Positions 27,301 to 42,300 of a stretch of 64,000 bases of DNA are shown here, one piece after another. The position numbers and the translations under genes were made by a program. This DNA comes from Phoronis australis (taxonomy: Eukaryota > Animalia > Phoronida), in contig NMRA01000159.1 in NCBI GenBank assembly GCA_002633005.1, positions 577,520 through 641,519 on the forward strand, given 5' to 3'. Numbering within the stretch: the stretch's first letter is position 1; each line of letters starts with the position of its first letter. Below the pieces are notes generated by a model. That model saw only the letters and a program-made list of their open reading frames with translations. It ran no database searches and was not told where the DNA came from.

Positions 27301-30300
27301 TCACTTTTGTTGAGATTTCAATTAGATTTCTTCATTTATATCTTTCAAGTTCTGCATGAACATGCTACCTAAACAACACAGCTCACAAACCCATGAACGT
27401 GTCTTGCCGACACGTAAACTCAGCTCAATGATTAACATAACGCCCCACACCTAAGACCGGACTGATGCACCCAAAAGCATGGCTCACTGACTCACAACAC
27501 TAAGAATCACATGAACGATTCAACAGCCTAAGAGCCGAGATTGCAGATGGAGGAGCTATACTCCTTGGGTGCACAACCTCTGTTTTGTGAGTGCAGGATG
27601 ATATATGTAAGTCAGGTCCATGAACCGTGTTAATGAGTGTGGAACAATGTTCACAGGTGTGTGAACCACGTTGTTTGGGAAGCCTGACGATAAGTTGCAA
27701 CCATGCAAGAGTTTTGAGTAGTGCCTCTCATGGGCCTACAGTCAGTACTGTGTCTGTTGAAAAACTTCTCATTTTGTTTTTAAGAACACCCAACGTAACT
27801 TCAGAAAATATCAGTTGAGAAAATTGTGAATCGACGAACAATCATAGATATCCGCCAACAGCCAAGATCTGTTTTAATGTAAAATATACCACCCGGCTAC
27901 TCATTCAGATACTTGACAGTCCTTGGATGGACGAATAACAATCTGGAATCACAAGCTAGTACATAAAGACGCAAAATATTTCCCTCATTTTGATAAACTA
28001 CAAGCCAAAAGAAATTAAACAAAACTCCATTTCTCTTGTCATGGCCTGGCTCGTACCATTCTGACTTCTACGACAGTGAATCTTGTTCGCACTCACCCAT
28101 CGTGATAAGGAATCCTGCTGACGCTCAGTCGTCATGAGTTATGGACATTTTGTCAAATTATCTTTCAGCATGTATAATCACATCTCAGCTATTTTTAATA
28201 GATTGTTGGAGAAGACCGAGTTTCAATTAAACACAAAACAGCGTAAAAGATCATACATAGCCAAACCAATTATCGCATGAGTCAACATTGAGAAAAGTCT
28301 CTCGTTTGACAGAATTTTGTTATAACTAACAAATACGACCTAAGCACAACTCACTTACCTCAGTGCATGTATGACAAGAGATAAACTGGGAACAGTTAGA
28401 ACATTGCGTGGCGTTGACCACAAGGTAGTGCTGAGGGTTGTCCGAGCCACAGTGGTCAGCACCGCCGGACATGTTTAACCGTTGGATACAGTCACCGCTG
28501 ACCGGACACCAGCCACAGGCAGCGTCCAGCATGCAGGCGAAACAGTTGGTATACTTCTGACACATTCCATCTGTGTAGGGTTGTAAGTATCTCATAGTGA
28601 TGACCTACAACACAAAGTAAGTAGTTCAGGAGTGCATCAAGCCCGTGTTCAGGGGGTTCAAACTTTTCCCCAACTTTCCACAGACGAAATGGAGAAATCT
28701 AAAGCAGCCCCTATGTTTGCCCATTGACAAGTCCCCTAGACGAAATCCTGGATCCCTAGCTAAAGTTATATTTGGATGATGCCCTTGGTCCTTGATGAAA
28801 TATAAATGTAGTGAGTCTCCTGGGACTGTTTCCCCGAGGGAGTAGTGACCTCTTTGGGTCTTATGGGGACACACTCAGTTTTATGAGAGAGAGATACATA
28901 TTTGGGATTATGGACACAACAATCTGTACCAGTGCAAACACACAGTTACCAGAAGGTCGTGGGTTCGAGTCTCGGTCGGGAGGAAGAATTTTTCAGACTT
29001 ATATTCATTAGGTCACGTGATGAGGCCAACAGAAAGCGTGCTGACAGGATGCCATATTGTGATTGACATATTCGTATAATCTGTACCATTGCTTTTCGGC
29101 ATTTTATAAGAAATTGCCCATTTTCCATGATGGCTTCCAGCCATTCAATAATAAAAGTTAATTGCGAATGAGGCTGATGACCTTGTCTCAGTTAAATACA
29201 CCAAAAACACTGAACCTACTCATCTCATTGGCATTTAGCTCTATTAGTGTCGGACTGCGATTGCTGAGGTCGTGGATTTGACTCCTGTTTCTAATCTACA
29301 GTTAAACAGTAAACAATGCTACTAAAAAGTGACTTTAATCTGATTTACACCAGTGGCAACTATGCAATTCTGTTCGTTTCTGGTTTAGATGAAACTTAAA
29401 ACCACGAAAAGTTCTCAACTTGCACAAGTTAAAAAAGATCAGTAATTTACAATTTTTTACTGAAACAGGTCCCAATGCCGGGTTGCATGAAACAATCTCA
29501 AAGAAGTTCCTAAATCTTTTACGTACTTGCGTCTTTCTTAACTCACAGATGTAATCTTTTTCTATCATTTCATCTTTATAATGATCTCCTCTTTGTCTAA
29601 AGACATTTTCTAAAGTGAGCCCTGAATTCAATGAAAATAAACAGGGACTCAGTTCTTAAGTTAGGAGCATTGCATGAAAAGGTCCCTATGCATTTTCGAT
29701 AATACTGAGAATTCAACATCGAGTTCACTCTCGGTTTGTATCAAAGTCAAAAATAAACTTAGAAATGAAACTAAAACAGCATAAGAAAGGGCAATCGGTG
29801 TTTTCACAAGTCCACAAATACGCAGTAGATTTAAGGAGCTTAGTCGAGTAGCTATTTGGGACTGTTTAATGTAACCAACCACTGGAAGCTTACACAGAAT
29901 GAATGGATGTTTCTTTCCAAAAGTAGGACAAATTTTGCTGTTGTTTGTGTCCATGCTGTCCAGAACCCCAAACCATGCATAACATAGATTCACGGTAACT
30001 AATCCATGGTTCATGGGCCCTACAGAACCTATCCACCTGGGCCCAGTTGCATAAAAGTTATACGCCGGATAGCAACAATGACGTCGCATTATCACGCGTC
30101 ACGTTGTTATTGTTGAACAATGCACATGACATCACGCAACAAACAAACTTATCCAGCGGATAACTTTTGAAGCTTTATGCAACTTGGCCCAGAACTTCTG
30201 TTTCAGTTCCCAGTAGCACTAAACTTCAACAACAATGACGTTACATTATCACGCGCCACGTTGTTATTGTTGAACAATGCACCTGACGACATGCGACAAT

Positions 30301-33300
30301 CAAGCTTATCCAGCGGATAATTTTGAAGTTTTATGTAACCCAGCCTAGCAAAACATTTCAGTATGTTGACCCAGAAAACCAGGTTTTATGTTTTTAACAG
30401 CAACGGACAATGTGCTCCGACTCCGAAACTTACGACTAACTATTCATTTCGCGATAACAAGATTCCATTTTCAGATATTTAAAACATCGGGGATTTTGCT
30501 CACTAATCCACTTGTTCTAAAAGAGTAAGTAGCCATGTGCAATAACGTCTAATTACTCTGGGGATCCATTTAGTCAAGAGAGGTCCAGAGTGGCCCAAAA
30601 ACAAATGCGTAATATTTTGCATAAAGTTCAAAATAAATTCTAATTATTCTGGAAAGAACAAAACATCAATGCAAATAGGCATCACTGATCATCCACAGAC
30701 ACAAGTTTAAGTCTAACAAATTTGAAAAAAAGTTGTTTTCACCGGTAAAAACACCAAAAACAGTCGCATCAGTTGAAACACATCTTTAAACAGGAACGTA
30801 CCGGTCGCGCATAGTTGCTTCCTGGCAACATGGCGTTCCAAGTCAGAGACATCTTGGATGGCATATTGTTACTGTTAGCAGGATTGGTGATACCCGTGTA
30901 GTTGACAAAGTACTTCCAACCCACAGATGTGTCAGGAAATATATTTCTGCTCCCGTTACTCCATGCAACATCGATGTCGCGAGTGGAAAAAAAACTATTG
31001 TCCAAGTTGACGAAGAGAAGCTGAAATATGGACAAACACAAAATGGGTGTAGACTAACAGCTAGAATTTTAACAATAGTAACGCGGAGCGCTGAAATGCG
31101 CCCATGACTGCACTGTAAACGGTGTGCCTCTAGGGTTGTTTATTTGTATCAAAAAAATGGCATTTACATGGCTCAGAATGCATTGAACCCTCTCAAAATT
31201 ATTCGCTACATTTCTTGAAAATCAACCAAAGAAATCCAAATATACAATCAAGGCATTTCCATTCTACAGAGAATTGTACCAACAAAGCATACGTGTTGTA
31301 CACCTAAGGCACATTTTACCACACTGAGCTCCAATTCTCTTACCACATTGTTAGTCTTCAGGTTTACGCCCTTTTCACTTGTTTTACACCAGTTGGGGCA
31401 TGGATCAGAGGCCACATTAGAACTATGCTATTCCTAGTCCCCCACTTACGTCTCAATCTCCCTCCGTCTATACAGGCTTTATGGACACCAAAAGCCCACA
31501 TAACTTTTACAATCGGTCTATGTCGTGCAGATTTACACATGCAATCAACACATCTGAAACAACTGTATTCAATTTTCACCACTACGCCAGGGGATGCACA
31601 AGACCTTTAGTCCAATGCTCACTTACACCCATGATTCAGGGTTCCGGCTTTACAAGAGGCAGAACATAGTCCACACCACTGCATTTCATCCCCTTCACCC
31701 CCAAGCACTCACGGACACATTCAATGCCCTACTCTAAAGCTCCAATGTCTTTTCATCCATGGGGCACTTAAAACAGCACCATCATTTCAATCTAGTGTCA
31801 CTAGTAGTCCGCCCCCAACGCACGTACCTGCTGAGATGGGTCAGCATTTGGGCTTATGGAGAGATATATATGTAATGCCATGCACTTGGCCGTGACAATA
31901 AGGTGACTGCCGGATGATGGTGCAGCATCCATGGGATGTACGTAGCCATATAAGGTGGCCAGCTGAGAGTTAGATTTGCCAGTCAACACAGGAATACCCA
32001 ACTCCAGCCGGGGAAGGAGGCCCACCTGTACATACAAGGAGAATGGCACAGTAATAATAATTATCTTAATAATAACAGCGGTTTCAATAATAATAATAAT
32101 GATCATATTTACAACAATAAGGATACTAATTTGCTGTTGGGCGCGCAGCAGTTGTTCATGAACAGATGGGTTATGTTAAGAATAATTATAGCAGTAACTG
32201 GATCCCAAACATTTTAAGTCTGGTCTGCACGCCACCTGTTGGCCATATCACGTGACCTAATGAGCATAAGTCCGAAAAGATTTCTGCCACCGAGCAGTCT
32301 TGTGCTCATTAGGTCACGTGATGTGGCCAACAGGTAGCGTGCAGACCAGACTTAAAATGGTTGTGATCAATATTTTAACGCTGGTTGAATATTTACGTAT
32401 AAGTAAAAGTGGATATCATAAACTAAATCTGCCTTAAGGGGGCGCAGCACTAGTAGAACAACTAAAAGATGCACGGACAGTCCAATACAATATCATCCTT
32501 TTCATAAAAATTGTAGAAATAAATTTTGAGTTGTAGCTGGAGTCGCCATCTCCAAAAAATTCCCAGAATGCACGTGCACCATTAGTCTCAGTTGAGTAAG
32601 AACTTTGAACGCTGTCACATAAAGGTCACTTTCACAAGCTTCTGTTTGGACAGCAAACAATGAGTCACACACAATGTTCAACATAAGAGATCTCATCAGA
32701 ATTTCATCACACAAGCCAATAAACGTGACGTTAGCTCACCTCATCAGGCTGCCCATAGTCCTGTGGATTTAAGTACTTGGCATAGATAAAGCCCGCAGGC
32801 TCAGCTGTGCGACATTGGCCCAACGACGTGATAGTCTTGCTGATGCTACCCCACCACCCGGGGGCGCCAGCTGCACAGAATCCGGAGGGAGCTGTGGAAA
32901 GACAGACATGTCCTTGACAAAGGTGATTTCCAAACTATTGTAATATAGTCCTACAGGTTCTCACCAAGAATGTCAAAATTTTGAATTCAGTTTTACAAGT
33001 CCACGTGAGGTTGATCATTCATCGCCATTTTATAAAATGGAGATCGAAAACTGCCTGTGCCCTGATGAAGGCCGGTGGGCATTCCAGGTCTCTTTAACAC
33101 CTACTAAAATTCAAATGCCTGTGGCTCTGTTTATGAGCCGGTTTTGATGCTTCAAGACAGATTCCCCAATGGTAACAAAGAAATAGGCGGAAGCCATATT
33201 TCAGTAACGCCAGGCAAGCTTCATTTATAACCAAACCCAGACAGGAAGTCCACACTCAGCATGACATTGTTTCCACTTTCACAACAGAAAATGCGAGTAA

Positions 33301-36300
33301 AGTTGAGATGTGCACAGGACCAAAGTAACCAGCAGTAACAAGCATCAGGGTGGGTTTTCAAATTCCTTTAATGATTAAATATCGTTCAGTAGATCACTAG
33401 CTGGGCAGCAGGATTGCTTGAACTGCTCCATCTGGGCAGAAATTCAAAATATAAAACCTAGACATTGTGCAAAGCAATAAAAGCATCACACTTACAAGCT
33501 GCCCGCTGACATTTTGACTCCTTCACACACCAGGCGCATTGCTCCATCTGATGGGTACCTGTCAAACTGCTTGAGGTCACGCCTTTGCCAAATGACGTGC
33601 ACGCCTCGCAAGTCTGTAGAGCGCCGCAAATACCGTCACATTTGAGTTCCGCCAAAGGTTTGATACATTTCTGGTGAGAGAATAAATAATTAGATACCCA
33701 GTGTTGACTGGCTGTACTTATCAATCATTTCTAATAACTTCATTTCGCTACCAATGCGATATGTTTGCTTTCAGGCTAGTTTTGAAAGTAGACAAAATCA
33801 AGCAGTGGCTTTAGTCAATGCTTTTTGACTGGGTCTTGTGCTTAAGCTCTTTAATATGCGTTCCTTATGACAAATGACAACACCATAGACTTCAATGGAA
33901 AGATTTCATTTGAATTTTTAATACTTAAGTTTGATGTATTAGCGATGCGTGGAAATTTGAAAACAAATGTGAATACCAAAGGAAAATAATGTATTGCCAA
34001 TTTGTAAATGTGAAAACTTCTACAAATAGATGACCTTTGCACTTATGACATACTTTGGGGACTCACACAGCATCATGCGATGTTATTCCCCAACACCACA
34101 TCACGATACTTACTGGACACGGTTGAGTGATCTACGGTGGATGATTTTCGACACAAAACTTGTTTTTAAAAACGCTTGGGAATTTCCCACCTACTTCATA
34201 TTCACATCATCGCTATATGTTGTGATTCTAACTAATTTGGCCAAGCAATCACAGAGATAAAGAACTGGCGTGCAAGTTCCACTTTAAGAACAAAAAACAG
34301 ACAAGAACATTACGATGACATGTAGCTAGTCCTAATGGATGGCCCCAAGAAGAACAGGCGAGGATCACTGCACTAGGAGCCATTAAATGGCACATGTCGT
34401 CTACAGCAGTCCACGTTGAACAGAGGCTTCAGACACACCCTATCCGTGACTCCCTCACTTTCACTAACATTCCCTCTCGGCACACACTTCCAGGCGTCGC
34501 ACCTTCAGACTTCAGACTTTGCTCACTACAAGCATTCTTCATCAGTACTGACTCAAATCAGTCTCTGTTCACTCACACACTTATGTAATATGAACAAGAC
34601 CACGCTGACTTATATTACCCATCGCTCACCACAGACAGTAGCCAGCCTGTTATCACCTGACTTACATTGCCCTCCGCTCGCCGTAGACATTCTCCTAATG
34701 GCTTGGTGGATGTCTCAGGACACCAGACGCACTCGGGGTCATTGGTGCAGAAGTTGATATTTTTGAGGGGAGTGTAGTGATCGCACATGGTCACACCTTG
34801 CCCACTGGACAGATGGCGCTGTCAATCAAAGTATACAATTCAATGTAATGTTATGGTACACAGGGCAATAAAAATCCCAGCAAAACGCCATTAATATGTA
34901 TAAATCAGTATTTCGAGGTCAATAAATCACATGGAAACGACATTTTAAATTTTGCTTCACATTTTTTCATGGAGTTGCGATTGCTTCATCGACATTCGAA
35001 CCCAATCTTTTTCTTTCCCATCTATATTCTGGCGCACATTTTGTTCATCACAAATTATAAACCACTCGTCCTTCCCAAACCTTTACCAAGCTATCCCAGT
35101 GCCATCTGTTGCACTATGTCATGCACAATCCTTTATCAAGCTACCCCCAGCTCCATCTATTGCACTATGTCATGCCCAAACATTTACCAAGCTATCACAG
35201 CTCCATCTATTGCACTATATCATGTGCAAACCTTTATCAAGCTATCCCAGCTCCATCTATTGCACTATGTCATGCCCAAACATTTACCAAGCTATCACAG
35301 CTCCATCTATTGCACTATATCATGTGCAAACCTTTATCAAGCTATCCCAGCTCCATCTATTGCATGATGTCATGCCCAAATCTTTATCAAGCTATCCCAA
35401 CTCCCTCTATTGCACCATGTCATACCCAAACCTTTACCAACCTATCAACTCCCTCAATCAGGGCTTGGAATGACCAATGACAAAAAAGCGAAAATTTTTA
35501 CAGCCCTAAACATGCGCGCACCCAGCCTTGAAAATGTCGGTGTGAACCTTTTGCTGACGAAAATTGGGAGGACTAAAAAAAGGTACCACCACCTCTAGAA
35601 GGGTGCGTCTGCGTCTTTTTAGCTCGTCCGTCCACTCCCACCTCCAGACATTTTTGGCTGCAGAGTTGTAGTATTTTTCACCGCGATTTACAATCTCATG
35701 AGACGCCACTGAAGAAATCCACCACGCTATCCCAGGTGCCCCGGCAATGTCGACAATTTACCTTCCTCCGAAACATAAAGAGCAACGAGGTGAAAGTTGT
35801 CGGCAACGCCGTGATAAGAAAGAAATTTGCTGCGGAAATTTTATATCAAATCCAATTTTTTTACACGGAAATATAATATAATACGCGGACCGAACATTTG
35901 AAAAAAGTGGAAATCCGCATTTCTGCGGAAAATTACAAGCCCTGTCTATTGCACTACTGTTTAGCGATGACATACGTGCCACTATCATGACACAATTTGG
36001 ACCCACAAATAGGAATTAGAGAAATCTACAGCAACATCACATTTTCCAAAATTTTGAATGTCTTGGATATTATTTCCAATTCAGGCAAACATGGAGGCAA
36101 TTCAGCACTTGGAATTTTTACAAAGTAATGGGTTTGGATTATACCATCCATTGCCTGCTAATGATGAGTTGAGAAGGGTTAAGAATCACCGAGCCCACAG
36201 GACGACAAAAATTTTCTGAGTGCTTAGTAACTTATGGAGCCACGTAACTCTAACATAATTGTTGTTCTTTTTTAATTTTGACATATTAACTTCATTTGGC

Positions 36301-39300
36301 AGGGCCCAAAACGTCAAAATGATGCACTAACAACCAAATTGTTCAAAGGTTATGTTCTCAAAAGCTAAAATGTACAATGCATGTAAAAAACTGGTAGCTG
36401 AAAGACAAAAACAAGTGCTAGGGTTAGAAGTCCTAACATAACCCTTCCATGAATAACTATGGCGAATATTAATGAAACAGTTATAGACTTCACACTCAAT
36501 CAATATGTTGTTTATCAGACCCAAAAATGTGATAATGCCATTGGCTTTGCCTTGGCCATTACCACAATTTAGGGATCTGAAATTCAACATATTGACTGAG
36601 CACAAAAGCGAGTAATTGCATAGTAAACAAATTCTCTGACGTCACGCGAGATACAGTTTTCAGAAAATTGTGTTTAACAAATTAACAAACCTTAACATTG
36701 TTTGCTGTGACAATGGTTTGCACCAGTTGCAACATACTATTTGATACTCAAATTTGGCTGCCACGTTACAGATTTCAATAGTTTTGAAGAACATGAGGTT
36801 CCCCCTGGTGGCAAATTGTGTCGTTTTAATTCCATTGGTATAAAGTGTTTGATTGACCAAAAAAATCTTTTTATAAATTAAACGAACGAACAAACCTGAT
36901 GAACAGCCACATTTGGCGTTGCCTTGTACGCCATCAGGTCTCCCAGGACGTGTCCACGGTAACCACCAGCAATCAGCATAATGTTGCCATAGGCAACAGC
37001 AGCGACATGTTCAATACGACCATACTGAGGAATGGTCCCTGCTGTGCCTGAAGTATTGAATAATTAAGAACTAGAAAGTTGAGATAATGCAAGCACTGCA
37101 CATCAAGGTTTAAACGTGGCAAAGTCTTGATACCATCATCGGGCTTCGTAAAAATGAATTGGTTAAAACAAGAGCAAAGTGGTAACAGGAGAGTTCACTC
37201 GAAGCGAGCCATGCGATTGGTCAAATTTTGAGACGACCGTCAGTTTCAATTGGTGGTCTTAGCTCTCCTTAAATGAGAAACTTTCAAGAAATATTTTTTG
37301 TTGCAAGATGTGTTTGAATTTTTGTAACAAAAAACATCTTCAATTTTTAGTTACATCTACTACACAGTACTAACCAATACACAGGCATCTCTTAAAAATC
37401 ATGGCATAGCGAAAGAACAAAACAGTACACGCAATGACCACAATGACATGTTCGCTAATTCCCAGTATCTGTTTTCTTTTTCAACACACTATATTTGTAA
37501 CCACACTGCCATCTAAAATTGATACCCTTTATTGCACGCTACATTGCTGTTGGTTTAAAATTTCACAGATGTATGGTGATTATTTTCTACCTTTTTCAAA
37601 TAAAACAGGGAAGGAATGTAGTATATTTTCTCCACTAAATAACGCCTAGCTTACAGCGCCACCATTCTGAAAACAAGCTCAACACAGCGCCACACAAATG
37701 CAACCACACCAACATTATAACGCAACAGCTCTTTTCCATACCTCACAACACCAGAGAGCATGTTGCACAACTGCAGAGTTTACAATCACCGCTGTCAAAC
37801 AAAATTATACGTCATTCTGAACTACACAATTGCCATAACATGTTATTACATACAGAACTCCAAAACATCGCTGTGCAGGGGTACCATAGAATAACACGCA
37901 CGAGCATAGCATCTTATGCACGAACCACCTGCACACCTATAAATCATGCATACGAACAAAAGTCACACAATACAAACACAAATCACACGCACGATGAAGT
38001 GTTCTTGCGCGTGATTCGATACTCGTGTATATGATTTTGCATTCGTACGCACGATTTTTGTGGTTCGTTCGCATGATTTCTGTTCGCATGCATGATTTTT
38101 GTGTTCGTATGCATGATTCATAGGTTCATGGGTGATTCGTGCATAAGATGTGACGCTAATACATATGATTCTATGGTACCCCTGTAATGGTATACATTAC
38201 GGTGTTCATTCCTAGAATAACCTGTGTGCCATAAGCATACGAGATCCCAAAGCTTCAATGAGTTTTCCATGCAATATCGGATTCATAGTCAAGTAAAAAT
38301 CTTCAACAAAATCCAACTTTCTAGCCGTAAATTTTCTTAGAAGCCTCTATTTTTACCACTTCAGGGTTAATTGTCCCCAAATCTGAAATTCTAGAATCAA
38401 CACTAGCAATGGGTTCATAAGAACAAGCAACCAAAGTTCAAAGTTCAACTCACAAGATCAAATAAAACTGCTGTAAACTCACATCCACTAAAAAATTGAC
38501 TTCAACTGTTAAAACAGGAGTAACCTGTTCACTCAGATTAGACCTGTGATTTCAGCCCTTCAGGAGCCCTGACACTTCAGCACTCAAGTCCAGGCACAGA
38601 GAGCTCACGGCAACGAAGTACAGCAGTGCGAAACAAAAGTAATTCGACGAAATACCATTTTCCCCACTATGACGACTAATACAACAAAATTACTGGCAAA
38701 ATTCTAATGACAGAGTGATGAAGCCACCTTACTAACTGTCCTGTTTATGCTTCTCCGTTCTCTATCATGACGGAGGAGTACACTGACGATGACGTCGGCT
38801 TCTGCCCAACTGTCGTGACGGTCATTTTGTCTACTACATATTTTGATTCGTACTGTACCAGTTGTTTCCAAGCACAGAAATCACTTGTGAACAAGTAACA
38901 TGTGAAGGTAAGTGTTATAGTTGTACTTCAATATACTAAAATGTTGCGGAAATCAAAGTTAGTTTCTTCGTCGGATGGTGAGTTTACAGCAGCTCCAAAA
39001 TTTGACACAAAAATTCGAAACCTACTGTTGAATCCTATACCCCAGAGGCATTAAATATCAAGCTTAAAATGAAAATCGTCATATTAATGGTAATGCACAT
39101 GTATGTCACAGGATTACTCGCAGTTCTTTGACAGGGATGTCTTTCTTGTATGAAAATGGCGAAATCTCACCACACTAGCACGTTCAGATGAAAGATGTGG
39201 CGATTACCGTGGATAAAAATATTTAATCTTAGCAATGGCCGAAAACCAAACAAAACATAATTTGATGCAGCTTAATTCTAAGTGTATTTGGTACACACTT

Positions 39301-42300
39301 CTTAGGGTACATTTGAATTGGACTAAGTGGTCCCTAAATGCCACCGGACAAATTTTCACCTCAGACTTTTACAAGGAAATCTCCGGTAAATGGCCAAAAT
39401 CAACTACAGTACTAATTCGCCATTACAGTAATCTACTTATAAATGAAAACACTGTAAACGTACCGTAACTTTCCTCCAACGTTTTGAGGCTGACCCACTT
39501 GTGGCAGCCAAGATGGTAGACGTAGATGGTGTTAGCATGACATTCTTCCTGTTTCGCGGAGCTGCCCAACAGCTGTATGCCACCGTAGACCACCATATAA
39601 TTACCCATGATGACTGCACTGTGGAACGCGATGTTGACCGGAGGCTGTATAGCCAGGGAGGATCCGACCTGCAGCTCCGCCCATACGAGGTCATCAATGC
39701 TGAACAAATGCAGACTGTTGACACGTTTGTTGAACCGTGCCTGGTTGACCATGTGCCCGCCGTAGACTATCAACGACCGCGACGCGGCGTGGAACACTGT
39801 TGTGTGTCCAACAAGACGTCTGTCTAACTCCTTGCCTGCTTTGGCCTTTACTCGCTCCCAACCATCAAATGTGGTCAAGTTGATCCTATACATGCCAGAC
39901 GTAAATGACCAATCAGAAGTCCTCCCGCCAATCAGATAAGCACAATCGTCTACCAGCGTCAATGTGTGACTGATCAAAGCAGGAGGCCGGGTGGAATTAA
40001 CGGACACTTCAAGGAGCGTCCACGTATTCGTTGTAATATCATACCTCCAAAACTCGTCTGACATAGTTCCATTCTCAGTAACACCACCATATACATACAA
40101 TTGTTCATTATGACTGATCATTTTGTGGCCATATCGAGGTGATGGTAGCCTGCTTGGTTCTGCAACAGTGTGCCACATGTTGGTTGATTGCAGGTCATAG
40201 TACAGCAAATCGCCCAGTACCGAATAAAGATTCTGGCCACCGAATATGTAAAGCCGGCCACGTGCCTCGACCCAATCTCCAGCATGCCCCGTACGAGAGG
40301 TAAACAACCGACTCCACTTCGACACATCATACCACTTACTGTGACCTGTAGTGGTATCATTAATGTACAGTTCACAGTTGAAGCCCCGATAGTCGCCATG
40401 ACACCTGCAGTGGTCAACGGCAAAATAACCTTTGGGTTGGTTGCAGCTTAATTCATATCGGCAATCTTTCGTCACGTATCGTTCGCAGCCTATACACTGA
40501 CCACTGTCGCACTTGCCGATACCGCTGCACCCTAGAGGGCACTCCTCGATGTAGTACTCCGCTTTAAAGCCCTCACGTACTGAATTACGGTCACTGAATA
40601 GGTGAATCAGCATCTGCAAGATGTCATAAGCAGTGGTCACATGGAGAATTATGTATGGCGTTCACATGGTGAATAATGAATGGCGTTCACATGGCAAATA
40701 ACGTATGGAGTTCACACGGGGAATAACACATAGACCGAGTTCAAATGTCGAATTGTGCATTTTCCCAGAATGCAAAGGAAATTCGATTTACAAGAGGTTT
40801 ACAGTACAAGAGATGCAATTTGTCATACCTCAGAACAGAAATGAACATGCAGTAATAGACAAACCATCATTGTTGGTTAGAATTCGTTTTAAATGATGAA
40901 TACTGTGGACTCTTCACATCAAAACTCTTCAACGTAGATGATTTTTCCAGGATTTTGGACACATAGCATTTTGTAGATTAGGTGTTTTGCAAGAATGCTC
41001 AAGACCCTAGCAAAATCATGATTGGGTGGTGAGGTTGGAATGCTGAATTATGATTGGCTGGTGAGGTTGGAATGCTGAATTATGGGATAGAATTCACAAA
41101 ATACATGATAGAATTCAATGTTTCTATTGGGTAAACAGAGACTTCAGCCAAAAGTGCATCCTAATGAATAGGACCTACAGAACGCTCACTTGGACAGTAG
41201 TTTCGTAGACACAAGAATCTTGCCAAGGATGCTAGTATAAACAACTTCCCTTGAGATAACTGGCATATATCTCGCATAGTCTCGAGAGCTCTCGCGATTC
41301 CGCGAGATTGGCGCCTCCATGTAATGCAAGCCAAGCCTACCATGAGCAGATGAGTGTGACTACAAATAGGTAACTTACGGATCCAGAGGTAGCCATGACA
41401 GTGTCCGGAAGTGAGTTGCCATTGAAACTGCCCAATAGCTTATCCTTGTACGACTTGCCGTCGTAGACGAAAACATAATCGTATGCACACTCGGTGTTCA
41501 TCTGCAGGAACTTCAGCCGGATGTAGAGGGAACTGTTCTGGGCTGGATGTAAAATAAGAATTGTCTTGAGTTATTGTCACAAGCTCATGTTCAGTTACTG
41601 AATGGGATATTGGCAAGATTTAGCAGGATTCATTATCATAATTGAGGAATGTACATGAATTCTACCAACTGATGCACAACGAGTGTTTTTTACTGTCACA
41701 TTTGTTCTGTTGCAAATTATGTGATTGCCATTATCCAGTGTGTGGGAGTGATGTTACTGATTTGTACAATGCAATTTTGATGCTATTCCGTGAACATACC
41801 TTTAGAACAATTTAAAGGACATTTCAGAAATTTTAAATAATTAATTTAATCAAAATCAAGTGTCACAAATAAATGGGGACTATCGTGTTTGATTACAAAG
41901 AAAATGTAAACTACACACGTAAAATAAGCTGCATTACGAAAATGTCTAGAGAATCCTTAACAAAACTGAGAACAATTCACAGATTTTTGGGAAAAGATTA
42001 TCCAAGAGATAGCCCAACGTGGCATTATTACACACCACAAACCCCAAACGAAAAATAAATGAGAATGGCTAAATAACAGTATCTAGACATTGGATGCCGG
42101 GCAGTTTTGCAGTTGCTCACGTACTGTTCCAATAGGGGACATGGAAACTCCCGCAAAAATTGGAATTTTCTTGATTCTGAAATTTGGGACAAGGGTGATT
42201 TTGGTGTTCACCACATTTCTCAAATTTCGGACTACGCGATTTCAATCTACAGAGTGGGGGCAATTCTGCCTTCCTTTCGGTGATTCCTGAATTTGGTACA

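Noticed and set aside
28949-28980. Possible tRNA gene (GGTTCGAGTC)
   Set aside because: Only a T-arm/B-box is present, with no acceptor stem or A-box; better explained as a SINE head
29661-30095. 144-aa minus-strand ORF in a MEGF8 intron
   Set aside because: Starts inside a MITE, has no domain features, and is not needed for exon phase continuity
34952-35480. Three overlapping repetitive plus-strand ORFs (123-173 aa)
   Set aside because: By-product of a stop-poor 50-bp minisatellite; no splice or homology support
9801-40451. Many plus-strand and alternative-frame ORFs overlapping MEGF8 exons
   Set aside because: Antisense or shadow frames of GC-richer coding exons
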